Part shown: positions 8,568 through 17,599 of the stretch, piece by piece | Position numbering within the stretch: position 1 is the stretch's first letter | How the letters are laid out: each line of letters opens with the position of its first letter | Source of the DNA: a virus | Lineage: Duplodnaviria; Caudoviricetes | Strand: one strand, 5' to 3' | Virus record (IMG/VR): IMGVR_UViG_2767802241_000002 | Span: 64,001-128,000 of that record | Length of the DNA: 64,000 nt | Program-made: the position numbers and the translations under genes | Notes under the pieces: model-generated | Told to the model about the DNA's origin: nothing | Database searches by the model: none | The model's input: only the letters and a program-made list of their open reading frames with translations

Positions 8568-9351
8568 ACCACAGCTACAGCAGATTAAAAAATCAAAACG
8601 TGGGCGTAAGGCCAAGTTAAAGCCTGTAAAAGTTAATCGCCGTGTAGAGCTTTATTACACACGGCAGTTATTGGCTATATCCAAATACTGTCAGGAACAG
8701 GCTGATGAGTTGGTATTGCCAGTTGTAGGCCAAAACATTGGTGACAGTTGGTTTTCTGAATTATTTGCGAAGCTAAAAGATCGGATCGTTCGGTATACGG
8801 TTAAATCTGCTGAGCCATTGGCCACCAAAGTTGTAGTTGATGTGCGTGCTGATGTTGATGGACAGATCGCCAAGCACACTAAGTCTATTATTGGTGTGGA
8901 TTTGACTCCATTCTACCGTGCTGCAGATATTCAGGATGTGGTTGATCGTAATATTGCTGCCAACGTATCTTTGATTAAGTCTATCCCGAATCAATATGTG
9001 GATAAGCTTGAAGCATTGGTTATGCATGCTTATCAGACAGGGCAGACCAATGAAGAGTTAGCTCAAGCAATTAAGCAGTTAGGTGTATCAACAGACTATC
9101 GTTGTCGACTCATAGCCAGTGATCAAATGGGTAAGATTAATGGCCAGATCAATCAAGCTCGTCAGGTTTCTATGGGTGTTGAGACTTATGTGTGGCAATC
9201 GGCTAAAGATGAGCGAGTGCGAACGGACCATCGGAATAAACAGGGTAAAACATTTCGTTGGAATGATCCACCAAGTGGCGGTCATCCTGGTGAGCCGATT
9301 CGATGTCGTTGCACGGCGTTGCCGAATTATTATGGTTTAGCACTTGAATAA
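8542..9351 (+). CDS. Head morphogenesis protein (Mu gpF/SPP1 gp7-like)
   Basis: YVWQSAKDERVRTDH..HPGEPIRCRC. Confidence 0.9.
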   Translation: MTTIFQLLKPQLQQIKKSKRGRKAKLKPVKVNRRVELYYTRQLLAISKYCQEQADELVLPVVGQNIGDSWFSELFAKLKDRIVRYTVKSAEPLATKVVVDVRADVDGQIAKHTKSIIGVDLTPFYRAADIQDVVDRNIAANVSLIKSIPNQYVDKLEALVMHAYQTGQTNEELAQAIKQLGVSTDYRCRLIASDQMGKINGQINQARQVSMGVETYVWQSAKDERVRTDHRNKQGKTFRWNDPPSGGHPGEPIRCRCTALPNYYGLALE

Positions 9352-9394
9352 TATTGATTTATAATGATAAATATAATGGTTTTAGGTGTTGCAT

Positions 9395-10336
9395 ATGTTG
9401 AAATTTGATGGTGTTTCCAGTTTCTATGCGAATTATTTAGAAGTAATGAATCCCCGAATATCCTTACATCAAGATAAACCAGATACGGTTTTGATTTCAT
9501 ATGATGGTAAGGGTGAAAAAAAAATAAAGCACGAAGCTTTTTGCCCAACTTTGTCAGCTAACAATGTTAGAACACCACATAGAGATGTTGAAATTAATTT
9601 TAAAGTTGAATCGGCATTTCATTGTTTGGTATCAAAATTTTATGCTGATTATCCTCATTTAAGTAATGTAAGTTTTTTTAAATTGGGTCAGAAGATAAGG
9701 GGGCAAGATGACGCAACTAAAGTCCTGATAGAGATTTATAATATTTTAAGACTTATACGAAATAAATTTCATCATGATAAATTTGGTGGATTAAGTTGGG
9801 ATGATCACAGAAATTTGACCGTTAAAGGTGATGAAAATCTTGTAATTACTGAAAATGGGGTCAGGCTGAGTATTTATATCGTATGGTATTGTCTTAAAAA
9901 TAACATGAAGCATTTATATAACAGAATTGTTTTAAATTATCTGTATGCTGATTTGGTTAAGAATGTTAAAAAAATTTCTTATGGTTTTGATAATAAAAAA
10001 ACAACTAGTTTAAAATCACTGAACAACCAATGGAAAACAATTACACATTCTAATAGAAATATAGTTCAAGGTGAAATTATAGAGATTTGTAATAATGGAT
10101 ATATGATTGATAGGCAAAAATGTTTCATTTCTGATTTTGTACCTGATACAAATGGAGAGGAGAAGTTAATGGAGTGTTTGTATCGTAGATTAGATTATCA
10201 ATTTCAAATAAATGGAACTGAATACCTTATCCCTGATGAATATTTTTTTAATAAAGGGGATGGCATTAAAGCATTTATAAGTGAGGATGATTTAAAGAAA
10301 TTTATTTACTATCCCTTAGAAATTGCAAATTTTTAA
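9395..10336 (+). CDS. AT-rich moron, putative HEPN-domain RNase
   Basis: Very AT-rich insert between head genes; LRLIRNKFHH RxxxxH motif; ATG 9395 follows an AGGTG RBS. Confidence 0.6.
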   Translation: MLKFDGVSSFYANYLEVMNPRISLHQDKPDTVLISYDGKGEKKIKHEAFCPTLSANNVRTPHRDVEINFKVESAFHCLVSKFYADYPHLSNVSFFKLGQKIRGQDDATKVLIEIYNILRLIRNKFHHDKFGGLSWDDHRNLTVKGDENLVITENGVRLSIYIVWYCLKNNMKHLYNRIVLNYLYADLVKNVKKISYGFDNKKTTSLKSLNNQWKTITHSNRNIVQGEIIEICNNGYMIDRQKCFISDFVPDTNGEEKLMECLYRRLDYQFQINGTEYLIPDEYFFNKGDGIKAFISEDDLKKFIYYPLEIANF

Positions 10337-10431
10337 AAAATAGGGCCCGTTAGGCAAACAAAACCCTGTGAGTCGTAAGGCACAACTTATGGGGTTTTGT
10401 GCTTTTTGGGTTTTTTTATTGAGCGCAATTT

Positions 10432-11622
10432 ATGAAAATACTCTACCAACTCAAAATCGGAGACTTTGCTCCGAGTGAATCATCACGCTCATTTACCAAA
10501 GAAGGGTATCTGAAGTGCGTGAATGTTCGTTTGGCCAAAGCGCCACAAGTACGTCAGTACTACGCTTATGAATTTCCAAGTCTAACAGGATTCACGGCGG
10601 ATCAGATCATTAATGTCTACACACCTGCAGAGGAGCTGTTTAAGCCCGAAGTGGTGCTGAGCTTTAACGGTGTGGATACCACGGATTATCACCCACCCAA
10701 GAACGAGATCAATGCCTCGAACTGGAAGGAGTACCACACAGGAACATGCGAGAACGTGCGTGTGGAAGAAGGCTATCTAGTTGGTGATCTTCTGATTAAA
10801 GACAAGAACAGCATTGACTTGATCCAGAGCAATGAGCGCATTGAAATCTCACTCGGCTATGGCGCAGATCTGATGCTTGAAAATGGCACGGCGCCAGATG
10901 GTACACCGTATCAGGCTAAGTTCATTAATTTTAAGGGCAATCACGTGGCACTGGTCAAATATGGTCGCTGTGGCGGTGACTGTCGTATCGGTGATGAAAA
11001 ACCAAACCCAAAGGGGGAAACCATGGAAGTACTTGTAAACGGCATTCGTTTTGATATTGGCGATAACAAGCCATTGGCGGATGCCCTCAAGCTGCAGCAA
11101 GAGCAGTTAGAGAATCTTAAAGCCGCAAAACTCAAAGTGGGTGATCAGCAATTTGCGATCGGAGACGAACTGCCGGCAGTACAAGCGGTGGTCAATACCT
11201 TGCAGGCTGAAAATGCTCAACTTAAGCAGCAAGTCGGGGATTTGGAAAAGAATCAGATTACCCCTGAAAAGTTGGATCAAGTTGTGGCAGAACGTGCCGC
11301 CGTGGTTGCTGATGCGAAAGCTATTGCACCAGGTGTAAAAACCGAAGGCTGTAGCTGTGAGCAGATCAAGCGTGATGTGATTGCCACCAAAGCTGGCGAT
11401 GCTTTGGTCGCGGCGGTGCTTGGTGGGGTCGCTGTGGGTGACGCCAAGCCGGATCAGATCGATACGGTGTTTCGTGCATTGTCAGCAGTGAAAGCAACCA
11501 CGCCCACCAACGCCGTGGGTGATGCACTGCAAACATTCCAAAAACAACAGGTCGGTGATGCTGATCCAAGTGCCAATCAACAGCAAGGCTATAACAAAGC
11601 CGATGCTTATAAAACCATTTAA
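10432..11622 (+). CDS. Prohead protease/scaffold (DUF2213-like)
   Basis: EISLGY..NHVALVKYGRCG; coiled-coil C-terminus. Confidence 0.88.
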   Translation: MKILYQLKIGDFAPSESSRSFTKEGYLKCVNVRLAKAPQVRQYYAYEFPSLTGFTADQIINVYTPAEELFKPEVVLSFNGVDTTDYHPPKNEINASNWKEYHTGTCENVRVEEGYLVGDLLIKDKNSIDLIQSNERIEISLGYGADLMLENGTAPDGTPYQAKFINFKGNHVALVKYGRCGGDCRIGDEKPNPKGETMEVLVNGIRFDIGDNKPLADALKLQQEQLENLKAAKLKVGDQQFAIGDELPAVQAVVNTLQAENAQLKQQVGDLEKNQITPEKLDQVVAERAAVVADAKAIAPGVKTEGCSCEQIKRDVIATKAGDALVAAVLGGVAVGDAKPDQIDTVFRALSAVKATTPTNAVGDALQTFQKQQVGDADPSANQQQGYNKADAYKTI

Positions 11623-11633
11623 GGGGGCAGTCT

Positions 11634-12104
11634 ATGGTTAAGCAAATTGATCAATTACCGGGTATGCGTGCCCGGATCAGTGGTCCAGAGGACGTATTGT
11701 CCATTCATGTATCGGGAGATGGTGTATTTACCGATGGTGAGGTGGTGATTCGTAATGCTGATGGTAAAACGGTTTCAACCGTGACTGATGCGACTAACAC
11801 CAAGTTTGGGATCTGTTTACGTCACGGCGTAGGCAAGTCCGGTCGTAACGCTGCAGGCAAAGAAGCCTATCAGCAAGGTGATGTAGCGCCAATCATGACC
11901 ATTGGTTCTATTTGGGTGAAAACCACGGCACCTGTGACGGATATTAACGCCAAGGTGTATGTGAAAACGGCGAATGCTACTGATGTTGCGCCGTTAGGAT
12001 CTTTATCATCCACTGACACGGATGGCACTGAATTCCCAAATGCATCTTGGGAAAGTATTTCAAATGAACAAGGTCTTGCCATTGTTCGCTTATTAGGGGC
12101 TTAA
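11634..12104 (+). CDS. Capsid decoration/cement protein
   Basis: Position between scaffold and capsid genes; beta-rich. Confidence 0.7.
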   Translation: MVKQIDQLPGMRARISGPEDVLSIHVSGDGVFTDGEVVIRNADGKTVSTVTDATNTKFGICLRHGVGKSGRNAAGKEAYQQGDVAPIMTIGSIWVKTTAPVTDINAKVYVKTANATDVAPLGSLSSTDTDGTEFPNASWESISNEQGLAIVRLLGA

Positions 12105-12109
12105 CAAAC

Positions 12110-13084
12110 ATGAGTAAAATTGCTCACATGAAGCTACGCTTAACACCCGTAGCACAAATCGTTCAGGCACAAGTGGGTGATGCATTCAATATTGATGCAT
12201 TAGCGCAGCTCTTCGTTAAGCTTGAAGAAATTAACGAAATAACCCCTCAGCTTGAGCAGGTTATGGATTATGCCAAGTATATTCCTGTCACTGGTGTAAA
12301 CGGCGTATTTGGTGGTGGTGAAGTCTTATCACGTAAACGTGGCGTGGGGATGGGGAAAGACTATTCAGGTACAGGGAATGACGTGCCACTGGCTGAAGTT
12401 GAATTTGATACCGTGTCATTACCGATTAAAGTAGGTGTGATTGGTTATCGCTATTCAATTATGGAATTGGCGGCAGCACAAAAGCTCAATATTCAGCTTG
12501 AATCAGATAAAGTTCAGGCAGCACGCTTGGCGGCAGAAAAGCATCTATCGCAAATTGCTTGGTATGGTAATCCATTGGCAGGCATCACTGGCTTTCTTAA
12601 CCAAACCGGTGTAACGGTCGTATCGGCACAGCATAATTGGGCAACGGCGACCATTGAACAGGTCTTGGCTGATTTTAACGCCAGTTTAGCTGACGCAGAT
12701 GAAATCTTTGATAACGATGCATCAGTACAACCCGATACTTATTTGATGGCCTCCAACCAGTACATGCACTTATCTACACGTGTGGTACCTGACTCAGGTG
12801 GTAAAACCTTCCTGAAGTTTATTGAAGAAAATAATATCTTTGCCACGCAATCTAAACCTTTAACTATTCGCGGTTTAGGTCGTTCCAATAAACAAGGTAC
12901 AGCTGGTAGTGATCGTTCTATTATCTATCGCCGTGATCCAAGCTGCATCCAGATGAAAGCCGATGATGTGCAGTTCTTGGCAGCTCAGCCTGTGGACTTG
13001 GACATTAAGGTACCAGGTCATTATAAATATCAAGGCGTATGGTTAAAGCGCGTTGATTCACTACGTTACTTGGACCATCAATAA
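12110..13084 (+). CDS. Major capsid protein (DUF2184-like)
   Basis: GYRYSIMELAAA..IAWYGN..ITGFLN pattern, size and position. Confidence 0.88.
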   Translation: MSKIAHMKLRLTPVAQIVQAQVGDAFNIDALAQLFVKLEEINEITPQLEQVMDYAKYIPVTGVNGVFGGGEVLSRKRGVGMGKDYSGTGNDVPLAEVEFDTVSLPIKVGVIGYRYSIMELAAAQKLNIQLESDKVQAARLAAEKHLSQIAWYGNPLAGITGFLNQTGVTVVSAQHNWATATIEQVLADFNASLADADEIFDNDASVQPDTYLMASNQYMHLSTRVVPDSGGKTFLKFIEENNIFATQSKPLTIRGLGRSNKQGTAGSDRSIIYRRDPSCIQMKADDVQFLAAQPVDLDIKVPGHYKYQGVWLKRVDSLRYLDHQ

Positions 13085-13097
13085 GGATTAAAACAAC

Positions 13098-13454
13098 ATG
13101 CGTTATTCATATACCTACAGCGGCCCACAAGCCGCTTTTATTTTGTCTGGTGTTTGTGTTTTACCTGCAGGTGTCGCCGTGATGCTTGAAGATAAAGAAC
13201 ATAAATCTTTGGCGAAAAACAAGTTTGTAGAGCATTTGCTGGAAGTGGGTGAGTTGACTATTACCGAAGTGGAAGAACCTAAGGCAACTGGTGGTCGCCG
13301 TGGATCAGGTAACACCAAAGGTGCTAAGCCAGCAGATGCCGCAGGCACAGAGCTGAACGAGGTACGTGCTGCACTTAAAGATCTAGACATCATGTATGCC
13401 GATGATGAAGCATTGGAGCAACTGCAAGCCAAGCTCGCACAAGCAACTGAATAG
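13098..13454 (+). CDS. Phage head-associated hypothetical protein
   Basis: AAGGA RBS; position after capsid gene. Confidence 0.7.
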   Translation: MRYSYTYSGPQAAFILSGVCVLPAGVAVMLEDKEHKSLAKNKFVEHLLEVGELTITEVEEPKATGGRRGSGNTKGAKPADAAGTELNEVRAALKDLDIMYADDEALEQLQAKLAQATE

Positions 13455-13461
13455 GTGATGT

Positions 13462-13845
13462 ATGGATCCACAGGCATTCCGGCAAAAATTCAAATACGAC
13501 ACGGCGCTTCTCAACTTGCCAGACGCAGAAATTGCAGATGCCTTGGAGGAAGCCGACCTTGTTGTATCAACACTGCAATTTGGCGCATTAAAAGAACGTG
13601 CTGTGGGTCTATATGCAGCACATATTTTAAAAGTCGCAATCAAATCAAAAAACGGCGCTGGCTTTAACGATGCTGCATCGATGTCTATTGCGGGGCAATC
13701 GGTGAGCTATTCACGATCCAACACAGAATCTTTTTACAGCCACAGTATTTATGGTCAGCGCTATTTAGCCCTTAAAAACTCTATCCCCATTGATGAGCAA
13801 GGTACTAATCCCAATCGCTTGGGTGTAAGTGCCTTTGTTGTGTAG
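13462..13845 (+). CDS. Head-tail adaptor (DUF4054-like)
   Basis: LYAAHIL..SIAGQSVSY..SIYGQRYL. Confidence 0.8.
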   Translation: MDPQAFRQKFKYDTALLNLPDAEIADALEEADLVVSTLQFGALKERAVGLYAAHILKVAIKSKNGAGFNDAASMSIAGQSVSYSRSNTESFYSHSIYGQRYLALKNSIPIDEQGTNPNRLGVSAFVV

Positions 13846-13854
13846 GAGCACATC

Positions 13855-14043
13855 ATGTCATTTAAATATCAAGCACCAGTGCATTACAAAGCTAAAACTT
13901 TGGTTATCGCTGGTAAAGCCCATCAAGTTACAGATGGTGTCATTGAATCAGTCGATGATATCTATCCATTGTTGGTCCCTTTGGGCTTTAGTCGTTATAA
14001 CGGGTCTGTAGCCAAGAAGCCTACAGCTGCAGTTAAAAACTAA
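13855..14043 (+). CDS. Small virion-region protein
   Basis: AGGAG RBS; fills the operon gap. Confidence 0.65.
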   Translation: MSFKYQAPVHYKAKTLVIAGKAHQVTDGVIESVDDIYPLLVPLGFSRYNGSVAKKPTAAVKN

Positions 14044-14051
14044 GGTGTATT

Positions 14052-14531
14052 ATGAGCGATATCCGTGTAAATGCTGATGTTGACTTTAATGCGATGAACG
14101 ATCGGGTACGATTTGAAATACGCCGTACAGTGAATGCTTTAACACTTAAGCTACAGCGAACAGTGCAGGAAGATATGCTGACCGGTCAACGTCTCAATGT
14201 GCAGTCTGGTCGGTTACGTGGCTCGATCTCTTCTAAAGTTGATGAAACGGCGGATTCGATAGAGGGGACAGTGGGGGCTGGTGGCGCACTGGTACCTTAT
14301 GCACCAGCCCATGAGTTTGGCTTTAAAGGAGCTGTCACGGTAAAAGCTCATTTGCGCAATATTAAAAAAGCATTTGGTCGACCGATTACGCCAAAGCAGA
14401 TCATGGTGGGAAGTTTTAGTCGAACAATGAATCTGCGTGAACGCTGTTTCATGCGCGATTCATTGGATCAGATCGCCAAGATCGTACCTAAGAATATTGA
14501 TAATGCCATTCAGCGAGGTATTCATGGATAG
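14052..14531 (+). CDS. Neck/tail completion protein
   Basis: SGRLRGSI..YAPAHEFG motif. Confidence 0.75.
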   Translation: MSDIRVNADVDFNAMNDRVRFEIRRTVNALTLKLQRTVQEDMLTGQRLNVQSGRLRGSISSKVDETADSIEGTVGAGGALVPYAPAHEFGFKGAVTVKAHLRNIKKAFGRPITPKQIMVGSFSRTMNLRERCFMRDSLDQIAKIVPKNIDNAIQRGIHG

Positions 14532-14964
14532 TGAAGCAATATACCAAGCACTTTATCAGCGCCTTTCTCAGATAGACGGCGTAGTAACAACCAGTCGCCG
14601 TCTACGGCATTTTAATCAGGTACCTTCTGAGCAACGTCCGGCATTGTTTATTACGCAAGGCAATCAACAGGAAGCACCGGTAAAAGGTTTAAATGCCAAG
14701 GTGCAGTTGGAAGCTGAGGTTTACTTGTATATTCATGAATCAGATCCAGCGATTGCGCCATCCATACAGTTGAATCGCATGATTGATAAGGTTCGTGATG
14801 CGATTGCGCCAGATTATCCCGAAGTGTGTGAATATCAAACCTTAGGTGGTTTGGTGGAACATTGCTGGATCGAGGGGACGATTGAAGTGTATGAGGCAGC
14901 AGAGAATATGCTGGATGACCAAGGCATTGCCATTATTCCGGTGCGAATTTTAACAACCAATTAA
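14524..14964 (+). CDS. Tail terminator-like protein
   Basis: Position before tail tube; QTLGGLV motif. Confidence 0.7.
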   Translation: MDSEAIYQALYQRLSQIDGVVTTSRRLRHFNQVPSEQRPALFITQGNQQEAPVKGLNAKVQLEAEVYLYIHESDPAIAPSIQLNRMIDKVRDAIAPDYPEVCEYQTLGGLVEHCWIEGTIEVYEAAENMLDDQGIAIIPVRILTTN

Positions 14965-14981
14965 TCACAAACATTTAAATG

Positions 14982-15002
14982 ACCGCCATCACGGCGGTTT
15001 TC
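14982..15002 (+). terminator. Intrinsic terminator
   Basis: ACCGCC-ATCAC-GGCGGT + T run; identical copy at 17560. Confidence 0.7.
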
Positions 15003-15024
15003 TCATTTTAAGAGGCTTAAAAAT

Positions 15025-15789
15025 ATGGCTCAATATTTATTTGGCGCTGGCAAAGTGTTTGCTACGCCGTTGCAAGATATATATGGTCAGCCGATTAGTG
15101 ATGCAACACCGGTTGAAGTGGGTGTATTACAGTCAGTATCGGTTGATATCAGTTATGACTTAAAAGAGCTCTATGGTCGTGGCCAGTTTGCTGTTGATGC
15201 AGCACGCGGCAAGGGCTCAATCAAGTGTAAAGCCACGATGGGGCGTATTAACGGCGCTTTACTCAATTCTATTTTCTTTGGGGGCGTGGTATCTGAAGGC
15301 GGTGTTGAAACCATTGCTCAAACCATGAATGGTGAAGTGATTGCCTCTGGTGGAATCGTTAAGCCCACTGTTCCTAATTCCGGTACCTTTGTTCGTGATC
15401 TTGGCGTAACCAATACTAAAGCGGTGCCGTTGGTACGTGTGTCTGGTACACCAGAAGCAGGGCAATATGCAGTTGATGCTACAGGTTCATATACTTTTGC
15501 CACGGCGGATGTTGGAAAAACCGTATTTATCAGCTTTAAATATTCGGCAACGGTTGCTGGTGCTAAATCTGGTTTAGTGACCAACCTAGATATGGGTTAT
15601 ACACCGGAGTTCGCAGTGGATCTGATGCGTGATTATAAGGGTAAGATCATGCAAATGGATTTCTTCCGCTGCACCAGTAATAAGCTTGCTTTTAACTCTA
15701 AGCAAGATGATTACGATCTACCAGAGTTTGAGTTTCAGCCGATGGCTGATGATTTGGGTCGTGTGTTCAATTGGACTACTTCGGAGTAA
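15025..15789 (+). CDS. Major tail tube protein
   Basis: Position before chaperones and TMP; size; beta-rich. Confidence 0.8.
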   Translation: MAQYLFGAGKVFATPLQDIYGQPISDATPVEVGVLQSVSVDISYDLKELYGRGQFAVDAARGKGSIKCKATMGRINGALLNSIFFGGVVSEGGVETIAQTMNGEVIASGGIVKPTVPNSGTFVRDLGVTNTKAVPLVRVSGTPEAGQYAVDATGSYTFATADVGKTVFISFKYSATVAGAKSGLVTNLDMGYTPEFAVDLMRDYKGKIMQMDFFRCTSNKLAFNSKQDDYDLPEFEFQPMADDLGRVFNWTTSE

Positions 15790-15795
15790 TAACGC

Positions 15796-16110
15796 ATGGA
15801 ATTAAAGCAAGTTGATTATCCGCGTGGCAATGAAAAAGTAATTGCTGGTCATAAACTAGTGTTTGCGCCGTTACCATTGGGTGCCATTGAAAAATATCAA
15901 GATCAATTGAGTTCGGCGAGTGTACCGATCACGACAATTATTGATGTGGCACATATTTCCTTAAAGCGCAATTATCCTGATATTCAGCGAGAATTTATTG
16001 CTGATGAAATTCTAGATATGGCAAACATGGAAGAGGTGTTGGGCTTAATCATCAATAGTTCAGGTCTAACTCATAACGGCGAAAAGACTGGTGAACAGTC
16101 GGGGGAATAG
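15796..16110 (+). CDS. Tail assembly chaperone (gpG-like)
   Basis: Between tail tube and TMP; ends in GGGGGAA-TAG. Confidence 0.8.
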   Translation: MELKQVDYPRGNEKVIAGHKLVFAPLPLGAIEKYQDQLSSASVPITTIIDVAHISLKRNYPDIQREFIADEILDMANMEEVLGLIINSSGLTHNGEKTGEQSGE

Positions 16111-16373
16111 ACTGGGAGGAGCTATACGCGCATTTGGTGCTCACAACGGGGAGAGATTTTGAATATATCCGCAGTGATTTTGATATTCCCCGTTTAAATG
16201 CATTAACGGCGTGCAATCGTAGAATACCTCCCGTGCCTATCAATATTCATCGCATTCGATTATTAATAGAGGCATTTATGGGCATTGAAGATGATGAACA
16301 AGATAATGTAGAAAATAATGATGATGACGATGAATTGTTAAATGATCTAAGAAACTTTCCGCAGGGTGGTTAA
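16101..16373 (+). CDS. Tail assembly chaperone -1 frameshift extension (gpT-like)
   Basis: GGGGGAA at 16101-16107; -1 frame open (IDWEELYAHLVLTTG...) to 16373. Confidence 0.72.
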   Translation, partial: GGIDWEELYAHLVLTTGRDFEYIRSDFDIPRLNALTACNRRIPPVPINIHRIRLLIEAFMGIEDDEQDNVENNDDDDELLNDLRNFPQGG

Positions 16374-16457
16374 GGCTACTGGCGGGAAGTGGTATTCTTC
16401 AATAGATTATTTTATATTTTATTGTTATTTTATAAACCCTTATTTGAGGTGTTCATA

Positions 16458-16895
16458 ATGAAGAAATTAATACTTACACTTTTGGTGTTGAGTTTGGTTA
16501 GTGCTTGTAGCAAATCTCAAGAAGAAATTGATTTGGAAAAAAAATCTGAAACTGAAGCCCAATTAAAAGCTGAGAAAGAGGCGGATTTAAAAAAAGTAGA
16601 AGATGCCGTTAAGTATATGTTGAAGGATGGGGAATCAGCTAGATTTAGGAATGTTATTGGTAATTGTGGTGAGGTGAACTCTAAGAACTCATACGGAGCA
16701 TATGCTGGCTTTTCAAGGTTCGTGTTTAAGCGAGATAATGGAAAAGTGGTATTTGATAATCCTGATAATCAATATTTTAATGCTGTCGTAGCCTCGTTTT
16801 GCGATAAAGCATATTTGGACAAATTCCCAGTGGATGATTCGTCTAACAATACTAATTCTGCTGCTCCGATTGATGTTGCGCCTATAGATAATTAA
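16458..16895 (+). CDS. Moron lipoprotein
   Basis: MKKLILTLLVLSLVSAC lipobox; CGEVNSKNSYGAYAGF motif. Confidence 0.8.
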   Translation: MKKLILTLLVLSLVSACSKSQEEIDLEKKSETEAQLKAEKEADLKKVEDAVKYMLKDGESARFRNVIGNCGEVNSKNSYGAYAGFSRFVFKRDNGKVVFDNPDNQYFNAVVASFCDKAYLDKFPVDDSSNNTNSAAPIDVAPIDN

Positions 16896-16990
16896 TTTAG
16901 GGTCTGATAGTGGATTGCGACCCCATGCTCTCTGATAATTAAAATACCCCTGAAGATTAACTAACTCCGAGTTAGTACAAGTGTGACGAT

Positions 16991-17509
16991 ATGAAAAAAT
17001 TGAAAGTATTAGGATTTTTAACTCTCTTCTTATCTGCATGTGCAACAACTCCCAAAGAGGCAACTTTTAACCTTCCTGATGGTTGGCGATTACCAACAAG
17101 TGAGGATGCAATAGATGATTGGGCGAGATTTAATTCACCGAGTCGTGTTGAGGCAGATTTTAATGGTGATGGTAAAACTGATAGAGCGCAAATATTATTA
17201 AAAAATAATTCCTCTACGGGATATCGGCTTATTGTCGATATTTCAGATGGAGATAATATAAAGCGATTTAACCTCGATCAAAATGATTCAATTTCTGCCC
17301 AAAGCATGGCAATAGAATTATTAGATCCATCTAATGAGGTATGGGATAGCGCTTGTGAAAAAGGTTATTGGGAATGCCAACAGAATGAAATTCGGAAGTT
17401 TAAGATATCCAAGCCTAGTATCCAATTTTGCTACATAGAGTCAGCTTGCGTAATCTACATGTGGTCAGATCGTAATAAAAACTTCACGAAGATTCCATTG
17501 TCTGATTAG
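16991..17509 (+). CDS. Moron lipoprotein
   Basis: MKKLKVLGFLTLFLSAC lipobox; ADFNGDGKTD loop. Confidence 0.8.
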   Translation: MKKLKVLGFLTLFLSACATTPKEATFNLPDGWRLPTSEDAIDDWARFNSPSRVEADFNGDGKTDRAQILLKNNSSTGYRLIVDISDGDNIKRFNLDQNDSISAQSMAIELLDPSNEVWDSACEKGYWECQQNEIRKFKISKPSIQFCYIESACVIYMWSDRNKNFTKIPLSD

Positions 17510-17559
17510 TTGCTTAGGTAAGACTTAAATATTTTAAGAATACTCAAAAAGATTTTATC

Positions 17560-17582
17560 ACCGCCATCACGGCGGTTTTTTT
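17560..17582 (+). terminator. Intrinsic terminator closing the lipoprotein moron
   Basis: ACCGCC-ATCAC-GGCGGT + T run. Confidence 0.75.
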
Positions 17583-17599
17583 ATGCCTGCGAGGTAGTT

